From an uncultured Pelagibacteraceae bacterium (GTDB taxonomy: Bacteria > Pseudomonadota > Alphaproteobacteria > Pelagibacterales > Pelagibacteraceae): a stretch of DNA of 64,000 bases. The first letter of the stretch is position 1, and every line of letters begins with the position of its first letter. Under the pieces are notes generated by a model. It saw nothing but the letters and a program-made list of their open reading frames with translations, was not told the origin of the DNA and searched no databases. The translations under genes were made by a program, and so were the position numbers. Location: NCBI GenBank assembly GCA_902604265.1, contig CACKXX010000001.1, forward strand, positions 2,628 to 66,627, written 5' to 3'. Positions 43,104-52,768 of this stretch are shown in pieces.

Positions 43104-44317
43104 TGAAATATAAAAAAGGGCACTTCTATATAGAAAATGTCAGTGCTGAAAGAATAGCAAAAAAATTTGGAACTCCTGTATATGTTTATTCTTATGAAAA
43201 AATAATAAGCAATATATATAATTTTCAAAAAAATTTTAAAACTATAAATCCATTAATTTGTTTTTCAGTAAAGTCTAATTCAAACCTACAAATTTTGAAT
43301 TTAATAAGTAAACTTGGTTTAGGCGCTGATGTAGTTTCAAAAGGAGAACTCGTAAGGGCTTTGAATGCTAAGATAAAACCAGAGAAAATAGTTTTTTCTG
43401 GTGTTGGCAAAACTATAGAGGAACTTAAGTTTGCAATAAGTAAAAATATTTTATTAATAAATACTGAATCAGAAAATGAAATTGTAGAAATTGAAAAAAT
43501 TGCAAGAAAAAGTAAAAAAAAAATAAATATTGGAATAAGATTTAATCCAGATACTGATGCTAAAACTTTAAAGAATATTTCTACTGGTAAAAGAGAAAAT
43601 AAATTTGGTTTAACAAAAGAAAAATTTTTATATCTTTTAAAAAAATATAAAAATTCAAAATTTGTTAATATTGATTGTCTAAGTGTACATATTGGAAGCC
43701 AAATTACGAGCCATGTACCTTATAAAAATATGTTAAATGCGGTTAATAAAATAATTCAAAATTCAAAATATAAGTTTAAGTACATAGATTTAGGTGGAGG
43801 GATGGGTATAAATTATGAAAATAACTCACATAAATTAAATTATTATAAATATAAAAATTTAATAAAATCTTTTTTAAAAAAAAATAATTCTAAAATTATT
43901 TTTGAACCAGGAAGATCTATTATTGGAAATGCTGGCTATTTAATTTCCAAAATAATTTATATCAAACATACTAAATCAAAGAATTTTGTAATTTTAGACT
44001 CAGCCATGAATGATTTAATAAGACCAGCTTTATACGGTGCAAAGCATAGAATTATACCTTCTAAACTAAATAACAAAAAAATAAAAAAAAAACATGAATT
44101 TGTTGGTCCAATATGTGAAACTACTGATAAATTCTTAAGCGTTGATAGGTATCAAAAAATAAATCAAAGAGATATAGTTTTAATTTGTGATGTTGGAGCT
44201 TATGGAATGGTTTTAAGTTCTAATTATAATTTGAGACCCAAGCCTCCTGAAATTTTAATAAACAAATCCTCAGCTAAAATTATAACAAAAAGACAAAAGT
44301 TAAATAATATAATTTAA
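43103..44317 (+). CDS. lysA: Diaminopimelate decarboxylase
   Basis: GTPVYVY, SVKSNSN, HIGSQI, EPGRSI and GPICETTD. Confidence 0.96.
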   Translation: MKYKKGHFYIENVSAERIAKKFGTPVYVYSYEKIISNIYNFQKNFKTINPLICFSVKSNSNLQILNLISKLGLGADVVSKGELVRALNAKIKPEKIVFSGVGKTIEELKFAISKNILLINTESENEIVEIEKIARKSKKKINIGIRFNPDTDAKTLKNISTGKRENKFGLTKEKFLYLLKKYKNSKFVNIDCLSVHIGSQITSHVPYKNMLNAVNKIIQNSKYKFKYIDLGGGMGINYENNSHKLNYYKYKNLIKSFLKKNNSKIIFEPGRSIIGNAGYLISKIIYIKHTKSKNFVILDSAMNDLIRPALYGAKHRIIPSKLNNKKIKKKHEFVGPICETTDKFLSVDRYQKINQRDIVLICDVGAYGMVLSSNYNLRPKPPEILINKSSAKIITKRQKLNNII

Positions 44318-44328
44318 CTTTTAAAGAC

Positions 44329-45030
44329 ATGATTAACAGAATACTTTTTTTATTTTTCTTTTATTTTGGAACTGTTTTGGTTTGTATTTTTTTTATACCA
44401 GCCTTAATTCTTCCACAAAAAATTACAATTTATGGAGGCAAAATTCTTGGATTTTGGTCTAAATTTTGTTTAGAAACATTTTTATCAACAAAGGTTATAG
44501 TTAGAGGAAAAGAAAAAATTTTAAATAACAAAAAATTTTTTATTGCAAGCGCTCATCAATCACAATTTGAAACTTTTTTCTTGCAGTCAATATTTAATTC
44601 ACCAGTTTTTATTTTAAAAAAAGAATTATTAAAAATACCAATTTTTGGTTGGCAATTAAAAAAAATAGGTTCAATTTCAATTGAAAGAAACAGAACTACT
44701 AAAGATAACCTAGGTTTCTCACATCAAATAAGAAAACACATAAACAATTCAAATAGACCATTAATTATATTTCCTCAAGCTACTAGGCTCGATGTATCAG
44801 ATAGATCTCCATTTAAAAAAGGTGTTAAGAGAATTTATGAGGAGCTAAATATTTTTTGCCAACCCGTGGCTCTTAATTCTGGAAATATATGGCCAAAAAA
44901 TGGAAAATTACAAATAAACAAAACATTAACCATCTCAATATTAGAACCTATAAGTCCAGGCATGAACTCTGATGAATTTTTAAATTTGTTACAAAATAAT
45001 ATATACGAAGAGATTGATAAAATATCTTAA
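44329..45030 (+). CDS. plsC: 1-acyl-sn-glycerol-3-phosphate acyltransferase
   Basis: HQSQFET (HxxxxD/E), KKELL-IPIFG and IFPQATR. Confidence 0.85.
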   Translation: MINRILFLFFFYFGTVLVCIFFIPALILPQKITIYGGKILGFWSKFCLETFLSTKVIVRGKEKILNNKKFFIASAHQSQFETFFLQSIFNSPVFILKKELLKIPIFGWQLKKIGSISIERNRTTKDNLGFSHQIRKHINNSNRPLIIFPQATRLDVSDRSPFKKGVKRIYEELNIFCQPVALNSGNIWPKNGKLQINKTLTISILEPISPGMNSDEFLNLLQNNIYEEIDKIS

Positions 45031-45916
45031 CCTTTCATAGGCATTACAACATATATACTATCAAAATCAGCAGGATCTTTAATCAAAGCAGGTGAACCTG
45101 TGTCCTTAAAATAAATTTCAATTTGATCACCATCTAATTGTGATGCTACATCAATTAAATACCTTGAATTAAAACTGATATCTAAATCATAATCGAATTT
45201 AACATTTAAACTTTCCTTTCCATCGCCACTGTTAGTATTATTCACAGAAAGGTTTAAAACATCTTTAGCTAAATTAAAATTTACTCCATCTTTCTTATCT
45301 AAAGAAACTGAAGCGACTCTATCCACAGAATCTAAAAATGATTTTAAATTAACTTGAAGCTTTTTTTGATTTTCTTTAGGTATAACCTGAACATAATTTG
45401 GAAATTTTCCATCAATCAATTTTGAGTTTGATGAAAAAAAATACCACTCAAATAATGTCTGGTTTCATCATTAGAAATAGAAAATTTACATTTATTTAAA
45501 AGTTTAAGTAAATTTTTTGAGTTAATTAAAAATTCATTTTTATTAAAATTTTCATCTGCTAATGGGAACTCTGATGGACTTATGCAATTCAGATTAAAAT
45601 CTGATTTTTCAGATTCTAAATGAATTTTATTTTCTCCTGTACTTGAAAAAAGTATTTTTTTTCCTGCAGAAAATTTTCTTACAATATCATACATTATTGA
45701 CGAGGAAGTGGTTGTCTTACCTTCTTCTAATATTTCTACATTTCTAATTTGATGTATAAATATTAAATCTAAATCAGTTGCAGTAATAGTTAGTATAGAA
45801 TTAGAAGCATCAAGTAGCACATTTGACAATATCGGCAATGTACTTCTTTTTTCTATAATACCTTGGCAATAATTTAATGATTTTTGTAGATCTTGTTGAT
45901 TTAAACTAAACTTCAT
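45027..45916 (-). pseudogene. dnaN: DNA polymerase III beta clamp, disrupted (two ORFs, internal deletion plus frameshift)
   Basis: 45416-45916 encodes the N-terminal part (LPILSNV, ATDLD, SNDETRHYL). 45027-45419 encodes the C-terminal part (IDGKFPNY...VVMPM). The segment containing ATDxHRL is absent. Confidence 0.85.
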
Positions 45917-47324
45917 TATCTTTTTTATATAAAATTTTATTTTTTAAATTATCTATATTGAAATTTAATTCTTTATCTTCTTGTCTCAATCTTTCGATTG
46001 TTTTTACTGAGTGAATAACTGTAGTATGATCTCTATTTGAAAATGCTCTACCAATTTCTGGTAAAGATTTTGAGGTAAGCAGCTTTGCAAGATATATAGC
46101 TGTTTGTCTTGGTCTAACTAAATATCTGGATCTTCTAGCTGATAACATTTCATTCTTACTTATTTTAAAAAATTTACAGACAATAGTTTGTATTGAATCT
46201 ACTGTTACATTATTTTCTGATAAATTTATTAAATCTTTTAAAATTGCTTTTGTTTCAGCAAGTGAAGGTAATTTATTGTACACTCTAGAAAATGAAATTA
46301 TTCTATTTAAAGCTCCAACTAATTCTCTTATGCTTGTTCTAATTTCAGAACTTAAAAATTTTTGTATTTCTTCAGAAATATCCAATGAAATTGAATGATT
46401 TAATTTTAGCTCTTCTAATTTAGCCTTAACAACTTTATAACGTAGTTCATAATCCGGGCTTTGAATGTCTACAACTAAACCACCTGCAAATCTGGATTTT
46501 ATTCTTTCTTGTATTCTAGATAATTTATTTGGAGCTCTATCAGCAGAAACTATTACTTGAGAACCTTTATCAATAAGAGCATTAAAAGTGTGAAAAAATT
46601 CCTCTTGCATAGCCTCTTTTCCATTCATAAATTGAATATCATCTATTAATAGTACATCGGTATTTCTAAAATAGTCTTTAAATTTTACCATTTCGTTTGA
46701 TTTGATTGATTTTACAAAATGATACATAAATCTTTCAGCTGAAATAAACATAATTTTTTTTTTTGATTTGAGCTCTAATCCAATTGAATTAAGCAAATGA
46801 GTTTTTCCCATACCAACTCCTCCATACAAATATAACGGATTATAATGTGAAAGATCTTCTGAAACTTTCTTAAATGCCTCAAAAGCTAACTTATTGCTTG
46901 TACCAATTACAAAATTCTCAAAGTTTTTATTTGGATCAATTCTATTATATTGAAAAAAGGAATCTTTAATGAATGAAATTTTTTTGCTTAAATCAACATC
47001 AGCTTTTTGAATTTCATTTTTACTATCATTTATTTCTTTTTTTTTATCATTAATTATAAATTCAATCCTAATGACTTCTTTCTTATGGGTTTTTACAATT
47101 TGTAAAATTTGATCAAGATATCTTGAGGTTATCCAATCTCGAATAAATCTAGTTGATACAGAAATTAGTATATAATTATTAAATTCTTCAATAAAATAAA
47201 TTTTTTTAAGCCAAGATTCATATATATCATTTCCTAATTTTTCTTTCATATCTAATTGGATGTCATTCCAATTTAATCTTTTGGCAGAAAAATTATCGGA
47301 TTTTTTAGTTGAAATGTTTTTCAT
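45906..47324 (-). CDS. dnaA: Chromosomal replication initiator
   Basis: NPLYLYGGVGMGKTHL, LLIDDIQF, QEEFFHTFN and RDHTTVIH. Confidence 0.98.
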   Translation of the reverse strand: MKNISTKKSDNFSAKRLNWNDIQLDMKEKLGNDIYESWLKKIYFIEEFNNYILISVSTRFIRDWITSRYLDQILQIVKTHKKEVIRIEFIINDKKKEINDSKNEIQKADVDLSKKISFIKDSFFQYNRIDPNKNFENFVIGTSNKLAFEAFKKVSEDLSHYNPLYLYGGVGMGKTHLLNSIGLELKSKKKIMFISAERFMYHFVKSIKSNEMVKFKDYFRNTDVLLIDDIQFMNGKEAMQEEFFHTFNALIDKGSQVIVSADRAPNKLSRIQERIKSRFAGGLVVDIQSPDYELRYKVVKAKLEELKLNHSISLDISEEIQKFLSSEIRTSIRELVGALNRIISFSRVYNKLPSLAETKAILKDLINLSENNVTVDSIQTIVCKFFKISKNEMLSARRSRYLVRPRQTAIYLAKLLTSKSLPEIGRAFSNRDHTTVIHSVKTIERLRQEDKELNFNIDNLKNKILYKKDNEV

Positions 47325-47639
47325 GGAAGAAGTTCAATTAAAACCTATCAATAATTATTGCAATAAGTTTATTCTTTTTTTTTAAAAAAAATAAAATCTG
47401 CACTTGTAAAATTTTAAATTGAATTTGATTAGCGGTAAGATTGAATCTTAAATTAATTCATTGAAGAAAATTATTTTAAAAAAAATAAAATTAAATCTAG
47501 ATATAGTATTTTTAAAAAATATTCTTTTATATTTAGTATAATATAAATTTTATATTAAAAGTTGTAATCCTTTTAATTTTAAAAATTTATTAAATTATAT
47601 ATAAAAATAATTAGACTACTTGAAGTTGATTTTATTCAA

Positions 47640-47900
47640 CTATAAAGAGTTAATTTTTTTTGTTATTCTAGAAATATTCCTAGAAGCATTTTGTTTTTTA
47701 ATTATACCAGTTTTGGCAATTTTCATTAACTCAGAATTTAGTTTTGGTAAAAAAGCCAGTGCATCTTTTTTATTTTTTTCTTCTATTATTGAATTCATCT
47801 TCTTAATAGCATTTCTAAATCTACTTTTTCTTGATTTGTTTACAATTGTTTGTCTAGTTATTCTTCTTATTCTTTTAATTGCTGACTTAGTATTTGCCAT
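47640..47900 (-). CDS. rpsT: 30S ribosomal protein S20
   Basis: MANTKSAIKRIR...GIIKKQNASR. Confidence 0.97.
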   Translation of the reverse strand: MANTKSAIKRIRRITRQTIVNKSRKSRFRNAIKKMNSIIEEKNKKDALAFLPKLNSELMKIAKTGIIKKQNASRNISRITKKINSL

Positions 47901-47908
47901 AGGCGCGT

Positions 47909-47937
47909 GGTATAACTTGCTAATTAGTAACGGTCAA
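47909..47937 (-). promoter_or_regulatory. Putative sigma70 promoter of rpsT (TTGACC-17-TATACC) with GC-rich discriminator
   Basis: TTGACC 47937-47932, 17-nt spacer, TATACC 47914-47909, then ACGCGCCT and the ATG. Confidence 0.7.
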
Positions 47938-47949
47938 TAGCATAATTGA

Positions 47950-48813
47950 TTATTTTTGACACAAATTACAAAAAAAAGTTGACCTATTTGATATAAAAAA
48001 CTTAGATATTTTACCCTGGCAATTTTTTCTTGAACAATTTTTGTTTTCTTTACCATAAACTTTAAATTCATTTTGGAATAAACCAGTAACACCTTTTGTA
48101 TTTTTAAAATCTCTTATTGAAGACCCTCCATATTTAATTGCTAAATTTAATATTAATTTTGAATATTTAACTAATTTATTAATCTCTTTATATGTAATAT
48201 TTCTAGCAATTTTAAAAGGGTTAATTTTACAATAAAACAATATTTCGTTTGCATAAATATTTCCAATTCCAGATACAAAATTTTGATCAAGTAAAAAATT
48301 TTTTATATTTTTTTTTTTATTAAAAAATTTATTTTGTACATATTTTAAATTAAAATTTGAAGAAATTGCCTCAGGTCCTGATCTTTTGAAAAAATTCTTT
48401 AATTCTTTTTCATTTTTTAAAATTTTAAAAAAACCAAATCTTCTAGGATCGTTATATACAATCATAAATTTTGAAAATTTAATTTTTATATGGTTATGTT
48501 TTATTGGTAAAATTTTGGAATGATAAAAGCTCATGTTTGTTATTTTTTCATTTTTTTTATAATTAATTAAATGCAAAGTTCCAGACATTCCTAAATGTAT
48601 TAAACAATAAATATAATTATCCAAAGTCAAAATTATATATTTTGAAAATCTAGAAACATTAATTATGGATCTGCCCTCTAAAATATTTTCAAAATTTTTT
48701 TCAACTTTAAACCTTAAATTTCTATTCGAAATAATAATTTTTTTAATTTTTTTATAGTTAACCTTATTTTTAAGTGATCGTTTTACTATTTCTACTTCTG
48801 GCAATTCTGGCAT
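47950..48813 (-). CDS. mutM: Formamidopyrimidine-DNA glycosylase
   Basis: MPELPEVE, HLGMSG, DPRRFG, GIGNIYANE and C-terminal zinc finger. Confidence 0.97.
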   Translation of the reverse strand: MPELPEVEIVKRSLKNKVNYKKIKKIIISNRNLRFKVEKNFENILEGRSIINVSRFSKYIILTLDNYIYCLIHLGMSGTLHLINYKKNEKITNMSFYHSKILPIKHNHIKIKFSKFMIVYNDPRRFGFFKILKNEKELKNFFKRSGPEAISSNFNLKYVQNKFFNKKKNIKNFLLDQNFVSGIGNIYANEILFYCKINPFKIARNITYKEINKLVKYSKLILNLAIKYGGSSIRDFKNTKGVTGLFQNEFKVYGKENKNCSRKNCQGKISKFFISNRSTFFCNLCQK

Positions 48814-48851
48814 TTAAGATTATATTATTATTTAAAATAAAATATTAAACT

Positions 48852-49556
48852 ATGAATCAAATTCTCCAACAGAAAAAGGGGTTAGTTAAAGATGTTTTTA
48901 ATAAAGTCTTTAAAAAATATGATTTAATGAATGACTTGATGTCTTTAGGAATTCATAGAATTTGGAAAAAAAACCTAATTCAAATGATGAATCCTTCTAA
49001 TAAAAAAAAGCTTATAGATGTTGCTTGTGGAACTGGGGATATAACTAAGTTATTTATTGAAGCTACAAACAAAGAATCTACAATTTTATGTGTTGATCAA
49101 AATATTAATATGATCAAAGAATGTAAGAAAAATTTTAAAAATTATAAAAATATAAAATGGAAAATATCTGATGCAGAAAGATTAAATGTTCCTGATAACA
49201 GTTTCGATTTTTATACCATAAGCTTTGGTCTTAGAAATACTAGAGATATAAATAAAACTTTAAAGGAAGCATATAGAGTTTTAAAAAAGGGTGGTAGATT
49301 TATGTGTTTAGAGTTTTCTAAAATTGAAAACAATAATTTAGATACTTTATACAAAAATTATTCAAAATTAATTCCTAAAATTGGTAAAATAGTAGTTGGT
49401 GAAAAAAAACCTTACGAGTATTTAATTAAAAGTATTGAGAATTTTATTAACCAAAAAGAACTAATTGAAAAAATGAATCAAAATAATTTTAAAAATTGTG
49501 AATATAGAAATCTAAGTGGAGGAATAGTTGCAATTCACTCAGGCTGGAAAATTTAA
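48852..49556 (+). CDS. ubiE: Ubiquinone/menaquinone C-methyltransferase
   Basis: YDLMNDLMSLGIHR-WK, DVACGTGD and SFGLRN. Confidence 0.96.
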   Translation: MNQILQQKKGLVKDVFNKVFKKYDLMNDLMSLGIHRIWKKNLIQMMNPSNKKKLIDVACGTGDITKLFIEATNKESTILCVDQNINMIKECKKNFKNYKNIKWKISDAERLNVPDNSFDFYTISFGLRNTRDINKTLKEAYRVLKKGGRFMCLEFSKIENNNLDTLYKNYSKLIPKIGKIVVGEKKPYEYLIKSIENFINQKELIEKMNQNNFKNCEYRNLSGGIVAIHSGWKI

Positions 49557-51124
49557 TGATAAAAAAATTAATTATTTTATTTAAAATAGCTAGAAAATTA
49601 GCTTTATCAGATGCTTTAAAAGTTATTTCAAAATTTCATCAACCACCACTTATAATTAAAATTTTTTTAAACTTACTTTCAATTTCTTTTTCCAAAAATA
49701 ACCATCGGTCTAGTAAATCAACTGATGAAGAAAAACTATGTACTTCTATTCAAGGAATGGGAACAACATTTATTAAATTAGGTCAATTTTTATCCACTAG
49801 GCCTGATATAATTGGTGATGACTTATCTTCACAGCTTGAAAAACTTCAGGATCGTTTACCGCCATTTTCGACCTATGAAGCTAAAGAAATAATCAAAAAA
49901 AATCTAGGAAGTAAAATATTTGATTCAATAATCAATTTTGGAGAGCCTCTTGCGGCCGCATCAATAGCTCAAGTTCATAAAGCTCAAATAAATGATGATG
50001 GTGTTATAAAAGATGTTGCTATTAAAATCTTGAGACCTAACATTAAAAAAACTTTTAATGATGAAATAGATGCTTTAATGTTGTTAGCATATTTTATTGA
50101 AAGCTTAATTTCTAAAACAAAAAGACTTAAACTTGTTGAAGTAGTTTTTTTGTTAAAAGAAATTACTAATCATGAAATGGATTTAAGATTCGAGGCAGCT
50201 GCAGCAAATGAATTTGCTGAAAATACAAAAAATGATGTAGGTTTTTATGTTCCTAAAATATACTGGAATTTTACAAGCGAAGAAATTTTAACTTTAGATT
50301 GGATCGATGGAGTTTCTATCAGAGAAAAAGAAATTTTAGAGTCTAAAAAAATCAATATAGAAAATCTTGCAACAGATATAATTCAACACTTCTTAAGACA
50401 TGCTGTTAGAGATGGTTTCTTTCATGCAGATATGCACCAAGGAAACCTATTCATAGATGACAATGGAAGGATAATACCAATTGATTTTGGAATTATGGGA
50501 AGAATGGATAAACTAAATAGACGATACTTAGCAGAAATACTGTATGGATTTGTTAAAAGAGATTACAAAAAAGTTGCAGAAGTACATATCTTAGCTGAAT
50601 TGGTTCCTAATAATGTTAATGTTGGTGAATTAGCTCAAGCATTAAGATCTATAGGTGAACCTATTTTTGGACAATCTGTTAAGGATATTTCGGGAGGAAA
50701 ATTGTTAAAACAATTATTTGATGTTACTGAAAAATTTAATATGCAAACTCAACCTCAGTTATTGCTTCTACAAAAAACAATGGTTGTAGTTGAAGGGGTC
50801 GCTAGAAAACTAAACCCTAACACAAATATTTGGGAAACATCAAAACCAGTTTTAGAAAAGTGGCTTAAAGAAACCAAAGATCCAATTAATAATTTAACTG
50901 AAACTTTGAAAGATTCTGCTGAAGTATTGAAAAAAATTCCTGAACTTCCAAAAATAATGGACAAAGCAAATCAAGCATTAACTTTTATGGCTAGCGGAAA
51001 AATACCTCAGGAATCTAATTCTTTTTCGGCATTAAATGAAAAAAAACTAGAAATGAAATCATTTAGAAATCAAAGTATTATTGGATTATTATTACTTGTA
51101 TTTCTTGGAGTCATAGTATTCTAA
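49556..51124 (+). CDS. ubiB: Ubiquinone biosynthesis kinase-like protein
   Basis: IKLGQFLSTRPD, AAASIAQVH, FFHADMHQGN and DFGIMG. Confidence 0.96.
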   Translation: MIKKLIILFKIARKLALSDALKVISKFHQPPLIIKIFLNLLSISFSKNNHRSSKSTDEEKLCTSIQGMGTTFIKLGQFLSTRPDIIGDDLSSQLEKLQDRLPPFSTYEAKEIIKKNLGSKIFDSIINFGEPLAAASIAQVHKAQINDDGVIKDVAIKILRPNIKKTFNDEIDALMLLAYFIESLISKTKRLKLVEVVFLLKEITNHEMDLRFEAAAANEFAENTKNDVGFYVPKIYWNFTSEEILTLDWIDGVSIREKEILESKKINIENLATDIIQHFLRHAVRDGFFHADMHQGNLFIDDNGRIIPIDFGIMGRMDKLNRRYLAEILYGFVKRDYKKVAEVHILAELVPNNVNVGELAQALRSIGEPIFGQSVKDISGGKLLKQLFDVTEKFNMQTQPQLLLLQKTMVVVEGVARKLNPNTNIWETSKPVLEKWLKETKDPINNLTETLKDSAEVLKKIPELPKIMDKANQALTFMASGKIPQESNSFSALNEKKLEMKSFRNQSIIGLLLLVFLGVIVF

Positions 51125-51131
51125 TCTGCCA

Positions 51132-52331
51132 ATGACAAATTTAAATAAAAAAAAAATCCTATTAATAATATGTGGTGGTATTGCAGCTTATAAAAGTTTG
51201 GAAGTTATTAGACTTTTAAAAAAGCATGGCTCAAGTGTAAAAACAATTCTTACAAATAATGCAAAAAATTTTGTAACACCACTTTCTGTAGCATCTTTAT
51301 CTCAAGAAAAAGTTTATACAGATTTATTTAATTCAGATAATGAATCTGAAATGGATCATATTTCATTATCAAGATGGGCAGATTTAATTTTAATAGCTCC
51401 AGCAACTGCAAATACAATTTCAAAAATTAGTTTTGGATTATCTGATGATTTAGCCTCAACTGTTGTTTTTGCTTCTGACAAAAAGATCTTTATTGCACCT
51501 GCAATGAATGTACGAATGTGGGAACATAAATCAAACAAAAATAATTTAAAAAAATTAATTGATTTTGGTCATGAAATAATTGGACCTGATATTGGTGAAA
51601 TGGCTTGTGGAGAATACGGTAAAGGAAAAATGTCTGAGCCAGAGGCAATTATAAATTATATAAGAAATTATTTCAAAAAATTAGAAAATAATAAAAAGTT
51701 TAAAGCACTTGTAACTGCAGGACCAACTCATGAATATATTGATCCTGTAAGATTTATAACAAACAAATCTAGTGGCAAGCAAGGTTATGAAATTGCAAAA
51801 TCTCTAAGTGAAAATGGTTTTGATACAACTTTAATATCAGGACCAGTAAATTTAAACTCAATTAAAGGTGTAAATTTAATAAAAGTTAAATCGGCTGATG
51901 AAATGTTAGAAGCAACTTTAAATAATCTACCAACAGATGTTGCAATTTTCTCAGCTGCTGTTGGAGACTTTAAAATAAAAAATAGTAAAAAAGATAAAAT
52001 AAAAAAAGATAAAATTTCTGAACTTTCTTTAGAAAAAAATACTGATATTTTAGGGCATATTTCAAATCATAATTCTCTTAGACCAAAATTAGTAGTTGGT
52101 TTTGCAGCTGAAACAAATTCTCTTAAAAAAAATTCTTTAAAAAAATTATCTGAAAAAAATTGTGATTGGATAATCGCTAACGATATATCTGAAAATGATA
52201 TAGGTTTTGAGTCAGACTTCAATAAAGTTTCAATATATTATAAAAATAATTCTGAAGAAAATCTTCCAAAAATGAAAAAGTCGAGTCTCGCTAATGAAAT
52301 AGTTAATAGAATAATTTCTCAGTTAAATTAA
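51132..52331 (+). CDS. coaBC: Phosphopantothenoylcysteine decarboxylase/synthetase
   Basis: GGIAAYK, APATAN, PAMNVRMW, DPVRFITNKSSGKQG and GFAAET. Confidence 0.97.
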   Translation: MTNLNKKKILLIICGGIAAYKSLEVIRLLKKHGSSVKTILTNNAKNFVTPLSVASLSQEKVYTDLFNSDNESEMDHISLSRWADLILIAPATANTISKISFGLSDDLASTVVFASDKKIFIAPAMNVRMWEHKSNKNNLKKLIDFGHEIIGPDIGEMACGEYGKGKMSEPEAIINYIRNYFKKLENNKKFKALVTAGPTHEYIDPVRFITNKSSGKQGYEIAKSLSENGFDTTLISGPVNLNSIKGVNLIKVKSADEMLEATLNNLPTDVAIFSAAVGDFKIKNSKKDKIKKDKISELSLEKNTDILGHISNHNSLRPKLVVGFAAETNSLKKNSLKKLSEKNCDWIIANDISENDIGFESDFNKVSIYYKNNSEENLPKMKKSSLANEIVNRIISQLN

Positions 52332-52768
52332 TGGTTAAAGTTTTAGTTAAAAGGCTTAATTCAAAAGTTAAATTACCCGAATACAAAACTAGCGGATCTT
52401 CAGGCATGGATTTGATGGCGTGTCTTGATAGTCCAATAAAAATTGTACCTAATTCTCTAGAATTAATTCCAACAGGTCTGTCTATTGCAATGCCAGAAGG
52501 TTTGGAAATACAAATAAGACCTAGATCAGGACTTGCTGCAAAATCTAATATAGGGATATTAAATACTCCCGGAACTATTGATAGCGATTATAGAGGTGAA
52601 TTAAAAATAATATTATTTAACCATGGAAATGAAGATTTTATTGTAAATAACAACGATAGAGTGGCTCAAATGGTATTAGTGCCCATACTAAAAATGGAAC
52701 TTGAAGAAGTAGATCAATTACCTAAGTCCATAAGAGGATCGGGTGGTTTTGGATCAACTGGTAAATGA
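52331..52768 (+). CDS. dut: dUTPase
   Basis: GMDL, RPRSGLA, GTIDSDYRGE and RGSGGFGSTG. Confidence 0.98.
   Translation: MVKVLVKRLNSKVKLPEYKTSGSSGMDLMACLDSPIKIVPNSLELIPTGLSIAMPEGLEIQIRPRSGLAAKSNIGILNTPGTIDSDYRGELKIILFNHGNEDFIVNNNDRVAQMVLVPILKMELEEVDQLPKSIRGSGGFGSTGK

Noticed and set aside
47325-47639. oriC next to dnaA
   Set aside because: No TTATCCACA-type DnaA box cluster was seen here. Near matches at about 45319 and 49790 are single sites inside coding sequence.
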